16,278 nt of DNA from a virus (IMGVR_UViG_2563366911_000006), one strand, 5' to 3'; shown: positions 1 to 8,425, counted from the first letter of the stretch. The notes: generated from the letters alone by a model not told the origin. Program-made: numbers and translations.

Positions 1-1254
1 ATGCCAAAACTCACAGATATGCAGATCCGCGCATGGATAAAAGCCGGAGAACATTTCGAAGGTCGTGCTGATGGTGGTGGGCTATATCTCCGGTATAGAG
101 AGGTGGATAGATCCCCTACCTGGCGGTTTCGATATAAACTAGCAGGAAAATCTCGTGCCATGCTTATTGGTTCATATTCTGAATTATCGTTATCAAAAGC
201 GAGGGAACGGGCAAAAGAACTTTCCGCACGAGTTGCTTTGGGATATGACGTAGCCGCAGAAAAACAGCAGCGTAAAGCCGAAGCACTGGCAAAAATAGAA
301 GCCGAAAAAAACGCGCTGCACGTTTCTGAACTTGCCGCCGAATACTTTGAACGGCAAATACTTCCCCGGTGGAAACACCCAGATATTCTCCGTAGGCGCA
401 TTGATAAAGACATAAATCCAGCCATAGGCCACATGAAGGTTGAAGATGTAAAACCACGCCATATTGATGCTATGCTTAAAAGTATTGTTGATAGAGGCGC
501 TCCAACAATTGCTACTGACGTTCTTCGCTGGACACGTCGCATATTTGACTACGGTATTAAACGCCTTGCTTTGGAAGTTAACCCCTGCTCAGCTTTCGAA
601 GTTTCAGATGCTGGTGGGAAAGAATTATCTCGTGATCGTTGGCTGAACCGGGACGAATTAATCCAATTTTTTCAGGCAATGCGTAAAGCCAAAGGATTCA
701 GCCGCCAGAACGAATTAACCTTTAAGTTGCTCCTGGCGTTGTGTGTCAGAAAAATGGAATTATGCGCCGCCAAGTGGGATGAATTCGACTTAGATGGCGC
801 GATTTGGCATCTACCAGAACAACGAACTAAAAATGGTGATGCTATCGACATACCATTGCCACCAGCGGCTATAGAATGGTTGCGAGAATTGCATACATTT
901 TCATGCAATAGCGCATGGGTATTACCTGCCAGAAAAATGCAGCACAGAATGATCCCTCACATCCAGGAAAGCACCCTTCCTGTTGCATTGGCAAAAGTCA
1001 GAGCAGAAATGCCGAACGTCCCCAACTTTACAATTCACGACTTCCGGCGAACAGCACGAACACATTTAGCAGCATTGGGAGTTGACCCGATCGTTGCTGA
1101 ACGATGCCTTAACCACCGCATAAAAGGCGTAGAGGGCATTTATAACCGCCATCAATATTTTGATGAGCGCAAAGCGGCACTAGCACAGTGGACTGATTTG
1201 CTGGTGAATTTAGAAAACATGATATGTTCTGACATCACGCAATCTAATAAATAA
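1..1254 (+). CDS. int: Tyrosine-type site-specific integrase, P4 family
   Basis: 417-aa ORF starting at base 1. N-terminal arm-binding-type region, then catalytic motifs: Arg in LCVRKMEL, HDFRRTARTH (H-x-x-R), and GIYNRHQY (His/Tyr nucleophile region). Recognised by family resemblance from memory, not by search. Confidence 0.93.
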   Translation: MPKLTDMQIRAWIKAGEHFEGRADGGGLYLRYREVDRSPTWRFRYKLAGKSRAMLIGSYSELSLSKARERAKELSARVALGYDVAAEKQQRKAEALAKIEAEKNALHVSELAAEYFERQILPRWKHPDILRRRIDKDINPAIGHMKVEDVKPRHIDAMLKSIVDRGAPTIATDVLRWTRRIFDYGIKRLALEVNPCSAFEVSDAGGKELSRDRWLNRDELIQFFQAMRKAKGFSRQNELTFKLLLALCVRKMELCAAKWDEFDLDGAIWHLPEQRTKNGDAIDIPLPPAAIEWLRELHTFSCNSAWVLPARKMQHRMIPHIQESTLPVALAKVRAEMPNVPNFTIHDFRRTARTHLAALGVDPIVAERCLNHRIKGVEGIYNRHQYFDERKAALAQWTDLLVNLENMICSDITQSNK

Positions 1255-1310
1255 TAGACATTAAGGCTAATTCATTAACGAATATATTTTTTCATAACGG
1301 TAGTGCAATC

Positions 1311-2093
1311 ATGACAAATATTAATGAAACAATATGGCAAAAAAAACAATTACCTCCATTAGAATTCTGCTCTTTAGATAGAGCAGCTCAAATTTTAGAA
1401 TGTGAAATAGATGATTTATGGCATTGGCAGGATATTAACAGAATTAATTTTGCCACAAAAATAAAAAATGCTTACTGTGAGGGGTATTTTGGTTATCGTG
1501 ATTTTACATGGCCAAAGGATGAAGACTATATTGATTTTATTTCTTTTCTCATCAAAAAAGAAATTTCCTCTCTTGGCATAATTATTCATGAATATAGTGA
1601 TGAAATAAAAGAAAATGGTGTTATTTTTGAGGCAAAGGTTTCTGGAGTTTTTGATATTCAAGAGACTATAGTAAGAAACAAAACTATCTCTATGAATACA
1701 TCCATACCGCTTTCACGTCGCACTGCGAATCCCACATTTATTTTTTCATGCCATGCAAAAACAAGCGGCAACATTAAGATTACACCTGATTCATTATTAA
1801 TAACCAGAGAGCACATTGACAACCTTTATAAATCAATAACAAATGGATTTCCAATTTACTCCATAAACAACACTATAAAAAAAGAAAATCACAAGTTACC
1901 AAGATTAACAATACATCAATTTAAAATGATATATGGATTATTAAGAATTGCCGGGTTAACAGACAATGAGATAATATCTTTGCCGCCTAACAAGTTAAAT
2001 AAAAAAATTGCACAAATAGGTGCTCAAAAAGGCATTGTAATCCCACAACCAGATAAGAACACTTGGAAAAGCTGGCGAGAGCGTTTTAGATAG
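1311..2093 (+). CDS. Hypothetical protein, strongly AT-rich orphan cargo gene
   Basis: 260-aa ORF, about 27% GC in its first 60 nt versus about 43% in the adjacent int. Asn/Ile/Lys-rich product with no motif I recognise. Weak Shine-Dalgarno. Lies in the int-alpA gap. Confidence 0.7.
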   Translation: MTNINETIWQKKQLPPLEFCSLDRAAQILECEIDDLWHWQDINRINFATKIKNAYCEGYFGYRDFTWPKDEDYIDFISFLIKKEISSLGIIIHEYSDEIKENGVIFEAKVSGVFDIQETIVRNKTISMNTSIPLSRRTANPTFIFSCHAKTSGNIKITPDSLLITREHIDNLYKSITNGFPIYSINNTIKKENHKLPRLTIHQFKMIYGLLRIAGLTDNEIISLPPNKLNKKIAQIGAQKGIVIPQPDKNTWKSWRERFR

Positions 2094-2205
2094 TGAAATA
2101 AGAAAAGTCACAGTGTTTTTTCTAAAACTCACACACACATCATTTCATTTGTTATTTAATGCCCCTATTACAAATCACAAACCAACAACAAAGGTAATGG
2201 GGCAT

Positions 2206-2424
2206 ATGAAAAACCAACCAATACTTCAAACCGCAATCCCTGCAACTGGCTATATCCGCCGCTATCGCCTGGCTGAATTGCTGGGTACCAGCTTATCAAC
2301 GCTCGATCGTTGGGTACGTAGCGGGAAGATGCCTAAGCCCATCAAACTGGGTGAGAAAAGCACTGCATTCGATGCGGTAGAGATTAATCGCTGGCTGGAA
2401 GAACGCCGAAACACATCAGCCTGA
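2206..2424 (+). CDS. alpA: AlpA-family (excisionase-like, MerR-type HTH) prophage regulatory protein
   Basis: 72-aa product with HTH core LAELLGTSLSTLDRWVRSGKMPKPIKLGEKSTAFDAVEINRWL, typical of AlpA/Xis-like proteins. Start is ambiguous (ATG 2197 or 2206; the ORF track starts at 2113 and is probably too long). Confidence 0.85.
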   Translation: MKNQPILQTAIPATGYIRRYRLAELLGTSLSTLDRWVRSGKMPKPIKLGEKSTAFDAVEINRWLEERRNTSA

Positions 2425-2503
2425 TAAAACAGCTACGGGATCAGGCGCCCCAGCTATCCACCAGCAAACAGCAATTAACCAGATTCGATAGCAGGAGTTT
2501 TTT

Positions 2504-3304
2504 ATGAAATTTCCAAAAACGCCCGTACAGGGGCAGGGCTTCGTTCGGCCTGAAAACCAGAATCTGCAAAATTTTGGTGAAATTATCCCGGTTATTTCCG
2601 GCGTTATTGGCGGGCGTGAAACCAATATTGTTAGTGCCAGAGCGTTGCATAAGGCGTTAGGTGTAGGGCGCGTTTTCCGTTCGTGGATCAAGGGGCGCAT
2701 TGAAGAATACGGCTTCACGGAAGGCGTGGATTATGAGGTTGTTGAATATTTGAGCCGACCCGATCCGGTGAGCGCAAAATCTCGCCAGCAAACAGCTCTT
2801 GAGTACATCATCACCGTGAACATGGCAAAAGAACTGGCGATGGTCGAACACACCGAACAGGGCCGTGCCGTTCGTCAGTACTTCATCAAATGCGAGGAGG
2901 AGCTACACAAGGTAGCGCCAGTGCGTTCCGCAGCGTTACGCCGGGAACTGAAAGCCCGTATCACCGTTGCCAGCTACTTTAAGCCGATGTGTGCCGCGCT
3001 GGAGGCGTACCGGGCTGAACTGGGTAAAAACACGTTCCAGCACCACTACACCACGGAAGCCAATATGCTGGCGCGTATCGTGCTGGGTGGCATGACTGCA
3101 AAACAGTGGGCACAGGCGAACGGCATTACAGGCGAACCACGCGACCACATGAGCACGTTGCAGCTTGAGCACCTTTCTTACCTTGAGCAGAGCAATATCA
3201 CGCTGATTGAGTTAGGCCTGGACTACCACCAGCGGAAAGCTGAATTAATTCGTCTTTCGCAGCGTTGGTTAGCCCGTCGCATGGAGGAAAACAGCCATGT
3301 GTAA
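2504..3304 (+). CDS. Phage antirepressor-like protein (AntA/Rha-type N-terminal domain)
   Basis: 266 aa, AGGAG Shine-Dalgarno 7 nt upstream. N-terminal segment ARALHKALGVGRVFRSWIKGRIEEYGFTEGVDYEV resembles the AntA/Rha antirepressor DNA-binding domain. C-terminal half not assigned. Confidence 0.75.
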   Translation: MKFPKTPVQGQGFVRPENQNLQNFGEIIPVISGVIGGRETNIVSARALHKALGVGRVFRSWIKGRIEEYGFTEGVDYEVVEYLSRPDPVSAKSRQQTALEYIITVNMAKELAMVEHTEQGRAVRQYFIKCEEELHKVAPVRSAALRRELKARITVASYFKPMCAALEAYRAELGKNTFQHHYTTEANMLARIVLGGMTAKQWAQANGITGEPRDHMSTLQLEHLSYLEQSNITLIELGLDYHQRKAELIRLSQRWLARRMEENSHV

Positions 3305-3976
3305 CGCTCTGACCGTTACAAAAAGAGAAAGCGCCCCGTTGCCGGAGCGCCTTTGTGAACGAATAGCCTACTGCGCCATATTGCTTACTGTCTACGAGGC
3401 AGATTATAGCGTTGTGGTCGCACAGAGTGAAGGCGCTGATCACCGTTACTACAGCACGCCAGAAATGCAGAATATTTTGCTGCAAAATGTCGTTGGTCAC
3501 GCTGTCCGGAAAGCAAAAAATTTTGCTGGTGGCGCGACTGATGCGATTTTGTCAGGTCGCAAGGTGATGATCAATCTGATGTCTAATTTCGTTCTGGATA
3601 AAACAAAGGCGACCGCAGAGGGCCACCAGTGGGAAAGCTACACACTTGAACACATCGCCAACAATGCCAGATTTGCGGCTGGTGGGCAATGTGATCAGTG
3701 TGCTGGCTTGCTGGTGGGCTATTCCTGCTCTTTAACATTGCCATGCCGCGATGTTTTCCAGGTATGCGACCCCATTTTTGTGCGCCTGTACTCTTTAAGG
3801 AATTTCTCAAGGATAAACGCACAGGGCGCGAATCTGTCTGACTCATATTCGTACGCTATCTTTCTGCGCTGTCTTTTCCGTGCCGGTGATGGTGTATTGG
3901 TCGATTCTTTGTTGGTCATTCTGTGTACCTGTAAAGCAATGCGCCGGAGTTCCTCACACCACGGCGATGATAGTTA

Positions 3977-4282
3977 TTATTCTGATTCTTTGGCCTTGCG
4001 GCGCTGGAGTTCTTCACGTGCGACGGTGACGAGCTGCCCGATCTCCTCGACAGCTTTGACTCCGATTTTTTCCACCTGCGCCAGTGCATTGAGCGAAGAA
4101 ACCAGGGGATTTTCTCCGCTTCCTTCTGCCTGGCGGCGGGCGATCTCACCACGCATGGCGGTTACTATGAATCCGGCGTTGCTTTCGCCGTCCAGTTTTA
4201 CGGATTCCATGCCTTCAAAAGCATCATGTGGGATACGAATTGAAATCTGTTTTGATTTGTCGTTGATAGTGTTTTTTGCCAT
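3977..4282 (-). CDS. Putative ribbon-helix-helix DNA-binding regulator
   Basis: 101 aa from ATG at 4282 (minus strand) with AGGAGA Shine-Dalgarno. N-terminus KQISIRIPHDAFEGMESVKL...FIVTAMRGEIARRQ fits a beta-strand/helix/helix RHH fold. Divergent from the rightward operon. The opposite-strand frame here reads as Ser/Arg-rich junk. Confidence 0.7.
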   Translation of the reverse strand: MAKNTINDKSKQISIRIPHDAFEGMESVKLDGESNAGFIVTAMRGEIARRQAEGSGENPLVSSLNALAQVEKIGVKAVEEIGQLVTVAREELQRRKAKESE

Positions 4283-4469
4283 GTGCATTCTCCTAAACAA
4301 AAGATGTGATTCAGTATACACAAAAAAGAATCACAAAAAATACTTGACCTGTGATTCAGTTAAATTTAATTTAAATCACACCTCAGTAAGAGGATATAAA
4401 CGACAACGCCCCGAACTGTTTGCGGCAGTAGCGGGGCGTCTAACCAAACCGTTAAATGAGGTAACGATT
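4283..4469. promoter_or_regulatory. Divergent control region with operator-like repeats and a leader hairpin
   Basis: Two 11-bp direct repeats TGTGATTCAGT (4305-4315, 4350-4360), each with an inverted partner GAATCACA/AATCACA (4328-4335, 4374-4380). Candidate rightward promoter TTGACC (4345-4350) with a TAATTT-type -10. Candidate leftward -10 TATACT (minus strand, 4313-4318). GC hairpin ACGCCCCG-N18-CGGGGCGT (4406-4439) in the operon leader. Confidence 0.5.
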
Positions 4470-4835
4470 ATGGCTGGGGCACAGCATACCCAAACTCACC
4501 CTAAATTTATATACACCTTCCTTGCGGTGCACCGTGATTGCATGGCTGACGGTAAAAACACTGTTCATGTAGCCGCCGATACGCTGGTTGATGCCTGCGA
4601 GATGCTCAATGACATGGGCTATATCTCGGCAACATGGAAAGGGCGCGAAGAAAACACGTTGTTTATTCAGAAATGCGAAAACAATTTTATCTGGCGTTTT
4701 ATCGCCCTGAGTACGGCACAACCGCGCGTGATTCACATCGAGGCCACCAGCGAACAGGAAGCACGCCAGCAATCTCCTGATGGCTGCGTGATGGTATTCG
4801 CTGCCCGTATTCGCCAGGAGGTGGAGCATGTGTAA
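4470..4835 (+). CDS. Hypothetical satellite-operon protein (possibly Icd-like)
   Basis: 121 aa, GAGGT Shine-Dalgarno 8 nt upstream of ATG 4470. It is the only protein-like part of the 512-aa ORF-track frame. Family assignment is from memory and uncertain. Confidence 0.65.
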   Translation: MAGAQHTQTHPKFIYTFLAVHRDCMADGKNTVHVAADTLVDACEMLNDMGYISATWKGREENTLFIQKCENNFIWRFIALSTAQPRVIHIEATSEQEARQQSPDGCVMVFAARIRQEVEHV

Positions 4836-5052
4836 TGCAACATGGCCTGATGCAGCGGTAGACGCTATCAAAACGCTGATGGATTCACTTATTGAGATTT
4901 CTGCTATCGCTGGTGTGGCGCATAAACACGCAGCCAGAGAATCAGAATGCATCTCCCATTATTTAGCATTTGTGCAGCTGAAAGCCGATCAGGCACTGGA
5001 TAAGGCCGGAAAAATTATCATGGCTGATGTACAGGAGGTGCACCATGCATAA
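4828..5052 (+). CDS. Hypothetical small protein
   Basis: 74 aa. Start overlaps upstream stop (ATGTGTAA), consistent with translational coupling. Confidence 0.5.
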   Translation: MCNATWPDAAVDAIKTLMDSLIEISAIAGVAHKHAARESECISHYLAFVQLKADQALDKAGKIIMADVQEVHHA

Positions 5053-5410
5053 CCTGTCAATTTCTGACCTTAACAGCATTCAGTTTGACGAGATATTTTC
5101 CGGGCAGCTACTGGTTAACGTGGAGAATGGACGCGTGGTAAGTAATTATCACCTGCCGGATGGTGCAATTGCCGGAAGCGTTGAAGCATTGCTGGAACTG
5201 GCGGAACGTGCGCGACTGATTAAGCCGTCAACGTGCCATCACGATGATGATCTGCATTTTACCGGGTGTATGGTGAGTCACTACGAAAACGGCGTTGAAG
5301 TATCCTGCGAACGTCTGCGTGATGATTGCTGTTTCGGCACACTGCCGGAATTTATCGAATTGCTGACCAGTTGCGGTTATCAGGTCATTCAGGGGGGTAA
5401 ACATGCGTGA
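5045..5410 (+). CDS. Hypothetical protein
   Basis: 121 aa from ATG 5045 with GGAGG Shine-Dalgarno (5033-5037). Overlaps upstream stop (ATGCATAA). Confidence 0.6.
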   Translation: MHNLSISDLNSIQFDEIFSGQLLVNVENGRVVSNYHLPDGAIAGSVEALLELAERARLIKPSTCHHDDDLHFTGCMVSHYENGVEVSCERLRDDCCFGTLPEFIELLTSCGYQVIQGGKHA

Positions 5411-5636
5411 TGATCGTTTTAATTCCCTGAAACAGGAGTTTGATGGCGCACCGGAAGATACATCGGGCGCATTGTTGAGCATTGCTGACATGATGAAAGC
5501 TGCATATTTTCTTATCAATACCAGGGGCTACAAGTCAGAGGGTGAAATGATTCTTAGTATTGCGTCGGACTATGCTGAATATGTGGCAGAGACGCGTTAC
5601 AGAAGAAAATCTCTGGAGGATGTAAGCCATGCATAA
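5403..5636 (+). CDS. Hypothetical small protein
   Basis: 77 aa. ATGCGTGA start/stop overlap with upstream gene. Confidence 0.55.
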   Translation: MRDDRFNSLKQEFDGAPEDTSGALLSIADMMKAAYFLINTRGYKSEGEMILSIASDYAEYVAETRYRRKSLEDVSHA

Positions 5637-5829
5637 TCATGAAGCGCATGTACCCGTAGTGCTTAATGTGCCAGATGATTTCACCGGACGCGTGCTGGTT
5701 TACCTTGATAAAGAAAAAGTGAAATCACAATGCCGACTGAAAAGTAATGAGATTGTGGGTTCTCCTGAATTTTTTTCTGAACTCTGTATTCGTGCAGAAA
5801 TAAAACCGGAACTGCTGACAGGAAAATAA
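5629..5829 (+). CDS. Hypothetical small protein
   Basis: 66 aa. ATGCATAA start/stop overlap with upstream gene. Confidence 0.5.
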   Translation: MHNHEAHVPVVLNVPDDFTGRVLVYLDKEKVKSQCRLKSNEIVGSPEFFSELCIRAEIKPELLTGK

Positions 5830-5833
5830 AACC

Positions 5834-6124
5834 ATGAAAAGGAAAAATTCTGGCTTTACTGCCAGCGGTCTCTCTCGGCCTGAAATCAGACACGGAGATA
5901 TTTACCGCGACACCAGACGTGGGGGACGAGTGGTTATTCGTCACGTTACGCCAGGCAATATCACCTACCGCCGTGAGGCTTACGAATATGACTGCGTAAT
6001 GCCGCGCCGTCAGTTTGAGCGTGATTTTATTCTGGTGGAAAACAAACAACAGGCAGTGGCGAGACGTGCAGCCACGAATATTAAAAAAATCCGGGCAATG
6101 TTGGTTGCGGGAGGTAAGAAGTGA
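5834..6124 (+). CDS. Hypothetical small basic protein
   Basis: 96 aa, starts 4 nt after the previous stop. Its stop overlaps the GTG start of the primase (GTGA). Confidence 0.6.
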   Translation: MKRKNSGFTASGLSRPEIRHGDIYRDTRRGGRVVIRHVTPGNITYRREAYEYDCVMPRRQFERDFILVENKQQAVARRAATNIKKIRAMLVAGGKK

Positions 6125-7926
6125 AAAACGCACCGAATTTAAAATATCAGCCGAAGGATAAATTCACCGAGGTAATCATTTTTGCCGGGACGGATGCTTA
6201 CGCCCATGCTCAACACTGGATTGAAAGCGAAGGACGAAAACACGGCGATAACGTGCCTCCTGTTTACCTGGGGCCAAAGCAACTGGCAGACCTGGCGAAT
6301 ATCCGCATTGTCGACGATGAACGCCGCTTTGCGCGTGTCTATCTCGCGGGGGAGATAGAGCCAATCCAGATCAATGCTATTGCTGAAAAGCTGGCGCTGG
6401 CTGGTGTACAGGACGCGAAATTATACAAAGGTATCACCGACCGGGAGCCGGAAAACTGGCGCGACTACCTGCAACGGATCCGCGAACAGGCAGAGAGTGG
6501 GGAAGTTTCAGCGATGAAATTAGCCACAAAAAATATTGACCTATCTAGGCCAGCACTAAATCAGATGGGAGCCAGCCAGAGAGGGGAAGTGTTACTTGAA
6601 TATTATGGAAGAGCACTGGCTATAAATGATGATTCTGATGTAGTTCACCATTACAACGGAATTGTCTGGGTGCCTGTATCTGATAAGGAACTCCAGCGGT
6701 CTATGGCGAAGATTTTTATTGATGCTGGAATCAGTTATTCGCAAAACGCCATTAAATTTGCCGTAGACACAATGAAATTGAGCCTGCCTGTTATGGGCGG
6801 GGCAGACAGGAATCTTATTGGATTCAGTAACGGGGTATTTGATACCCGGACGGGAAATTTTCGGGAGCATAACAAAAATGACTGGTTGTTAAATGCCAGT
6901 GAATTACCGTTCAGCCCACCAGCAGAGGGGGAAACGCTGGCAACACATGCGCCGAATTTCTGGAAGTGGCTGCGTCGTTCGGTGGCAGATAATGATCGTA
7001 AAGCTGATCGCGTACTGGCGGCATTATTCATGGTGCTGGCGAACCGGTACGACTGGCAGTTATTCCTTGAGGTAACAGGCCCAGGCGGAAGCGGTAAAAG
7101 TGTGATGGCTGAGATTTGTACCATGCTGGCGGGTAAGGCAAACACAGTATCGGCAAGCATGAAGGCTCTGGAAGACGCAAGGGAACGCGCGTTAGTAGTT
7201 GGCTTTTCGCTGATTATCATGCCGGATATGACTCGCTACGCTGGCGATGGTGCAGGAATTAAGGCAATTACTGGCGGCGACAAGGTGGCAATTGATCCGA
7301 AACATAAAGCCCCCTACTCCACACGTATTCCGGCAGTAGTGCTTGCGGTAAACAATAACGCCATGTCATTCAGTGACCGAAGCGGGGGGATCTCGCGTCG
7401 TAGGGTGATATTTAATTTCTCTGAGGTCGTACCGGAGAACGAACGCGATCCCATGCTGGCGGAAAAGATAGAAGGCGAACTGGCGGTAGTGATTCGCCAT
7501 TTGCTAACACGATTTACCGACCAGGACGAAGCTAAAAGACTACTTTATGAGCAGCAAAAATCAGAAGAAGCGCTGTTGATAAAGCGCGAAGGTGATTCAC
7601 TGGTGGACTTTTGCGGCTATCTGATGTCGTTGGTTAAATGTGAAGGAATGATGGTGGGCAATGCGGAAATAGTGCCATTTAGCCCGAGGCGATACCTGTA
7701 TCATGCTTATTTAGCCTATATGTCAGCGCATGGCCTGGGAAAACCAGTATCACTGACACGCTTTGGTACTGATATGCCAGGAGCTATGGCGGAATACGGA
7801 AAGGAGTATAAGCGGGCTAAATGCACTAAAGGCCCGGATAAAGGGCGAGTGATAACAAATGTTCTGTTAGATGATGATGCTGATGGCTGGTTGCCAGCAG
7901 CTACAGGGATTAACGACAGAACATAA
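6121..7926 (+). CDS. Replication primase/helicase, P4 alpha-type C-terminal family (P-loop NTPase)
   Basis: 601 aa, GTG start with GGAGG Shine-Dalgarno. Walker A motif TGPGGSGKS near aa 316 (about nt 7066-7092). Overall resemblance to the P4-family primase C-terminal/helicase region. Followed directly by iterons. Confidence 0.88.
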   Translation: MKNAPNLKYQPKDKFTEVIIFAGTDAYAHAQHWIESEGRKHGDNVPPVYLGPKQLADLANIRIVDDERRFARVYLAGEIEPIQINAIAEKLALAGVQDAKLYKGITDREPENWRDYLQRIREQAESGEVSAMKLATKNIDLSRPALNQMGASQRGEVLLEYYGRALAINDDSDVVHHYNGIVWVPVSDKELQRSMAKIFIDAGISYSQNAIKFAVDTMKLSLPVMGGADRNLIGFSNGVFDTRTGNFREHNKNDWLLNASELPFSPPAEGETLATHAPNFWKWLRRSVADNDRKADRVLAALFMVLANRYDWQLFLEVTGPGGSGKSVMAEICTMLAGKANTVSASMKALEDARERALVVGFSLIIMPDMTRYAGDGAGIKAITGGDKVAIDPKHKAPYSTRIPAVVLAVNNNAMSFSDRSGGISRRRVIFNFSEVVPENERDPMLAEKIEGELAVVIRHLLTRFTDQDEAKRLLYEQQKSEEALLIKREGDSLVDFCGYLMSLVKCEGMMVGNAEIVPFSPRRYLYHAYLAYMSAHGLGKPVSLTRFGTDMPGAMAEYGKEYKRAKCTKGPDKGRVITNVLLDDDADGWLPAATGINDRT

Positions 7927-7953
7927 TACGAAATTTATAAGCTGAAACGTAAA

Positions 7954-8289
7954 GGTAGACGGTTGGTAGACAGATTCACTTAACCCTCTACCAACCATCT
8001 ACCAATTAATATTTTGAATTATAAAGATATTTTCAATGTAGTAGAGAGGTAGACAGTTATTTCTATATTCCTAAACCACGGGGGGTATATAAAAAACAGA
8101 TAGTTAAGGGGGCATTTTTTAAATTTCTCTTTTAACTGTCTACACTGTCTACCATTTAGTAAAAATCATTAATTATCAATGTATTAATGCGGTAGACCGT
8201 TGGTAGACAGTTTGCAGATTGTTTTTTTGTTATGTGTTAATAACATTAAATAAATCAATCAATTATATCGGTAGACAGTTGGTAGACAG
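7954..8289. repeat. Iteron array, putative satellite replication origin
   Basis: Repeated GGTAGAC(N)GTTGGTAGACAG units in both orientations (7954-7973, inverted 7987-8002, 8041-8056, inverted 8136-8153, 8191-8210, 8270-8289) separated by AT-rich DNA. No ORF of 60 aa or more. Immediately 3' of the primase/helicase gene. Confidence 0.7.
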
Positions 8290-8301
8290 TTGTAACGATG
8301 G

Positions 8302-8310
8302 GGCAAAGCA
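8302..8310. repeat. IS10 target-site duplication, left copy (GGCAAAGCA)
   Basis: 9-bp sequence identical to 9640-9648, directly flanking the IS10 ends. Confidence 0.9.
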
Positions 8311-8356
8311 CTGATGAATCCCCTAATGATTTTGGTAAAAATCATTAAGTTAAGGT

Positions 8357-8425
8357 GGATACACATCTTGTCATATGATCAAATGGTTTCGCGAAAAATC
8401 AATAATCAGACAACAAGATGTGCGA
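8357..8425 (-). ncRNA. IS10 RNA-OUT antisense RNA (position inferred)
   Basis: Placed by offset from the IS10 outside end using textbook IS10 organisation. Imperfect inverted repeat CATCTTGTC (8364-8372) / GACAACAAGATG (8409-8420) fits the RNA-OUT stem overlapping the transposase start. Confidence 0.45.

Noticed and set aside
164-908. Minus- and plus-strand ORFs inside the integrase gene (164-457, 193-462, 464-646, 672-908)
   Set aside because: Fully embedded in or antisense to a well-supported integrase CDS. Low-complexity or Phe/Cys-rich translations typical of spurious frames.
1416-1661. Minus-strand 81-aa ORF inside the AT-rich gene
   Set aside because: Antisense to the longer plus-strand ORF. 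AT-rich DNA generates long stop-free antisense frames by chance (Asn/Ile/Phe-rich product).
3301-3319. Hairpin GTAACG-N7-CGTTAC after the antirepressor stop, as a terminator
   Set aside because: Short 6-bp stem followed by an A-tract rather than a U-tract on the plus strand. On the minus strand the T-run precedes the stem. Not a convincing intrinsic terminator.
2416-3500. Minus-strand and alternative-frame ORFs overlapping alpA and the antirepressor-like gene
   Set aside because: Overlap better-supported plus-strand genes with Shine-Dalgarno sites and recognisable motifs. No independent start signals.
3297-4835. 512-aa ORF from the six-frame track
   Set aside because: It runs antisense through a convincing minus-strand RHH gene (3977-4282) and through the divergent promoter region. 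The middle part is Ser/Cys/Arg-rich junk. Only the last 121 codons (4470-4835) have a Shine-Dalgarno and protein-like sequence.
6176-7220. ORFs antisense or out of frame within the primase/helicase gene (6176-6364, 6592-6870, 6735-7220, 6893-7075)
   Set aside because: Embedded in a 601-aa CDS with clear Walker A motif. Products are low-complexity.
7954-8289. Direct-repeat cluster considered as a CRISPR array
   Set aside because: Repeat units are about 10 bp, occur in both orientations and with irregular AT-rich spacing. No uniform repeat-spacer periodicity. The pattern is that of replication iterons beside an initiator gene.
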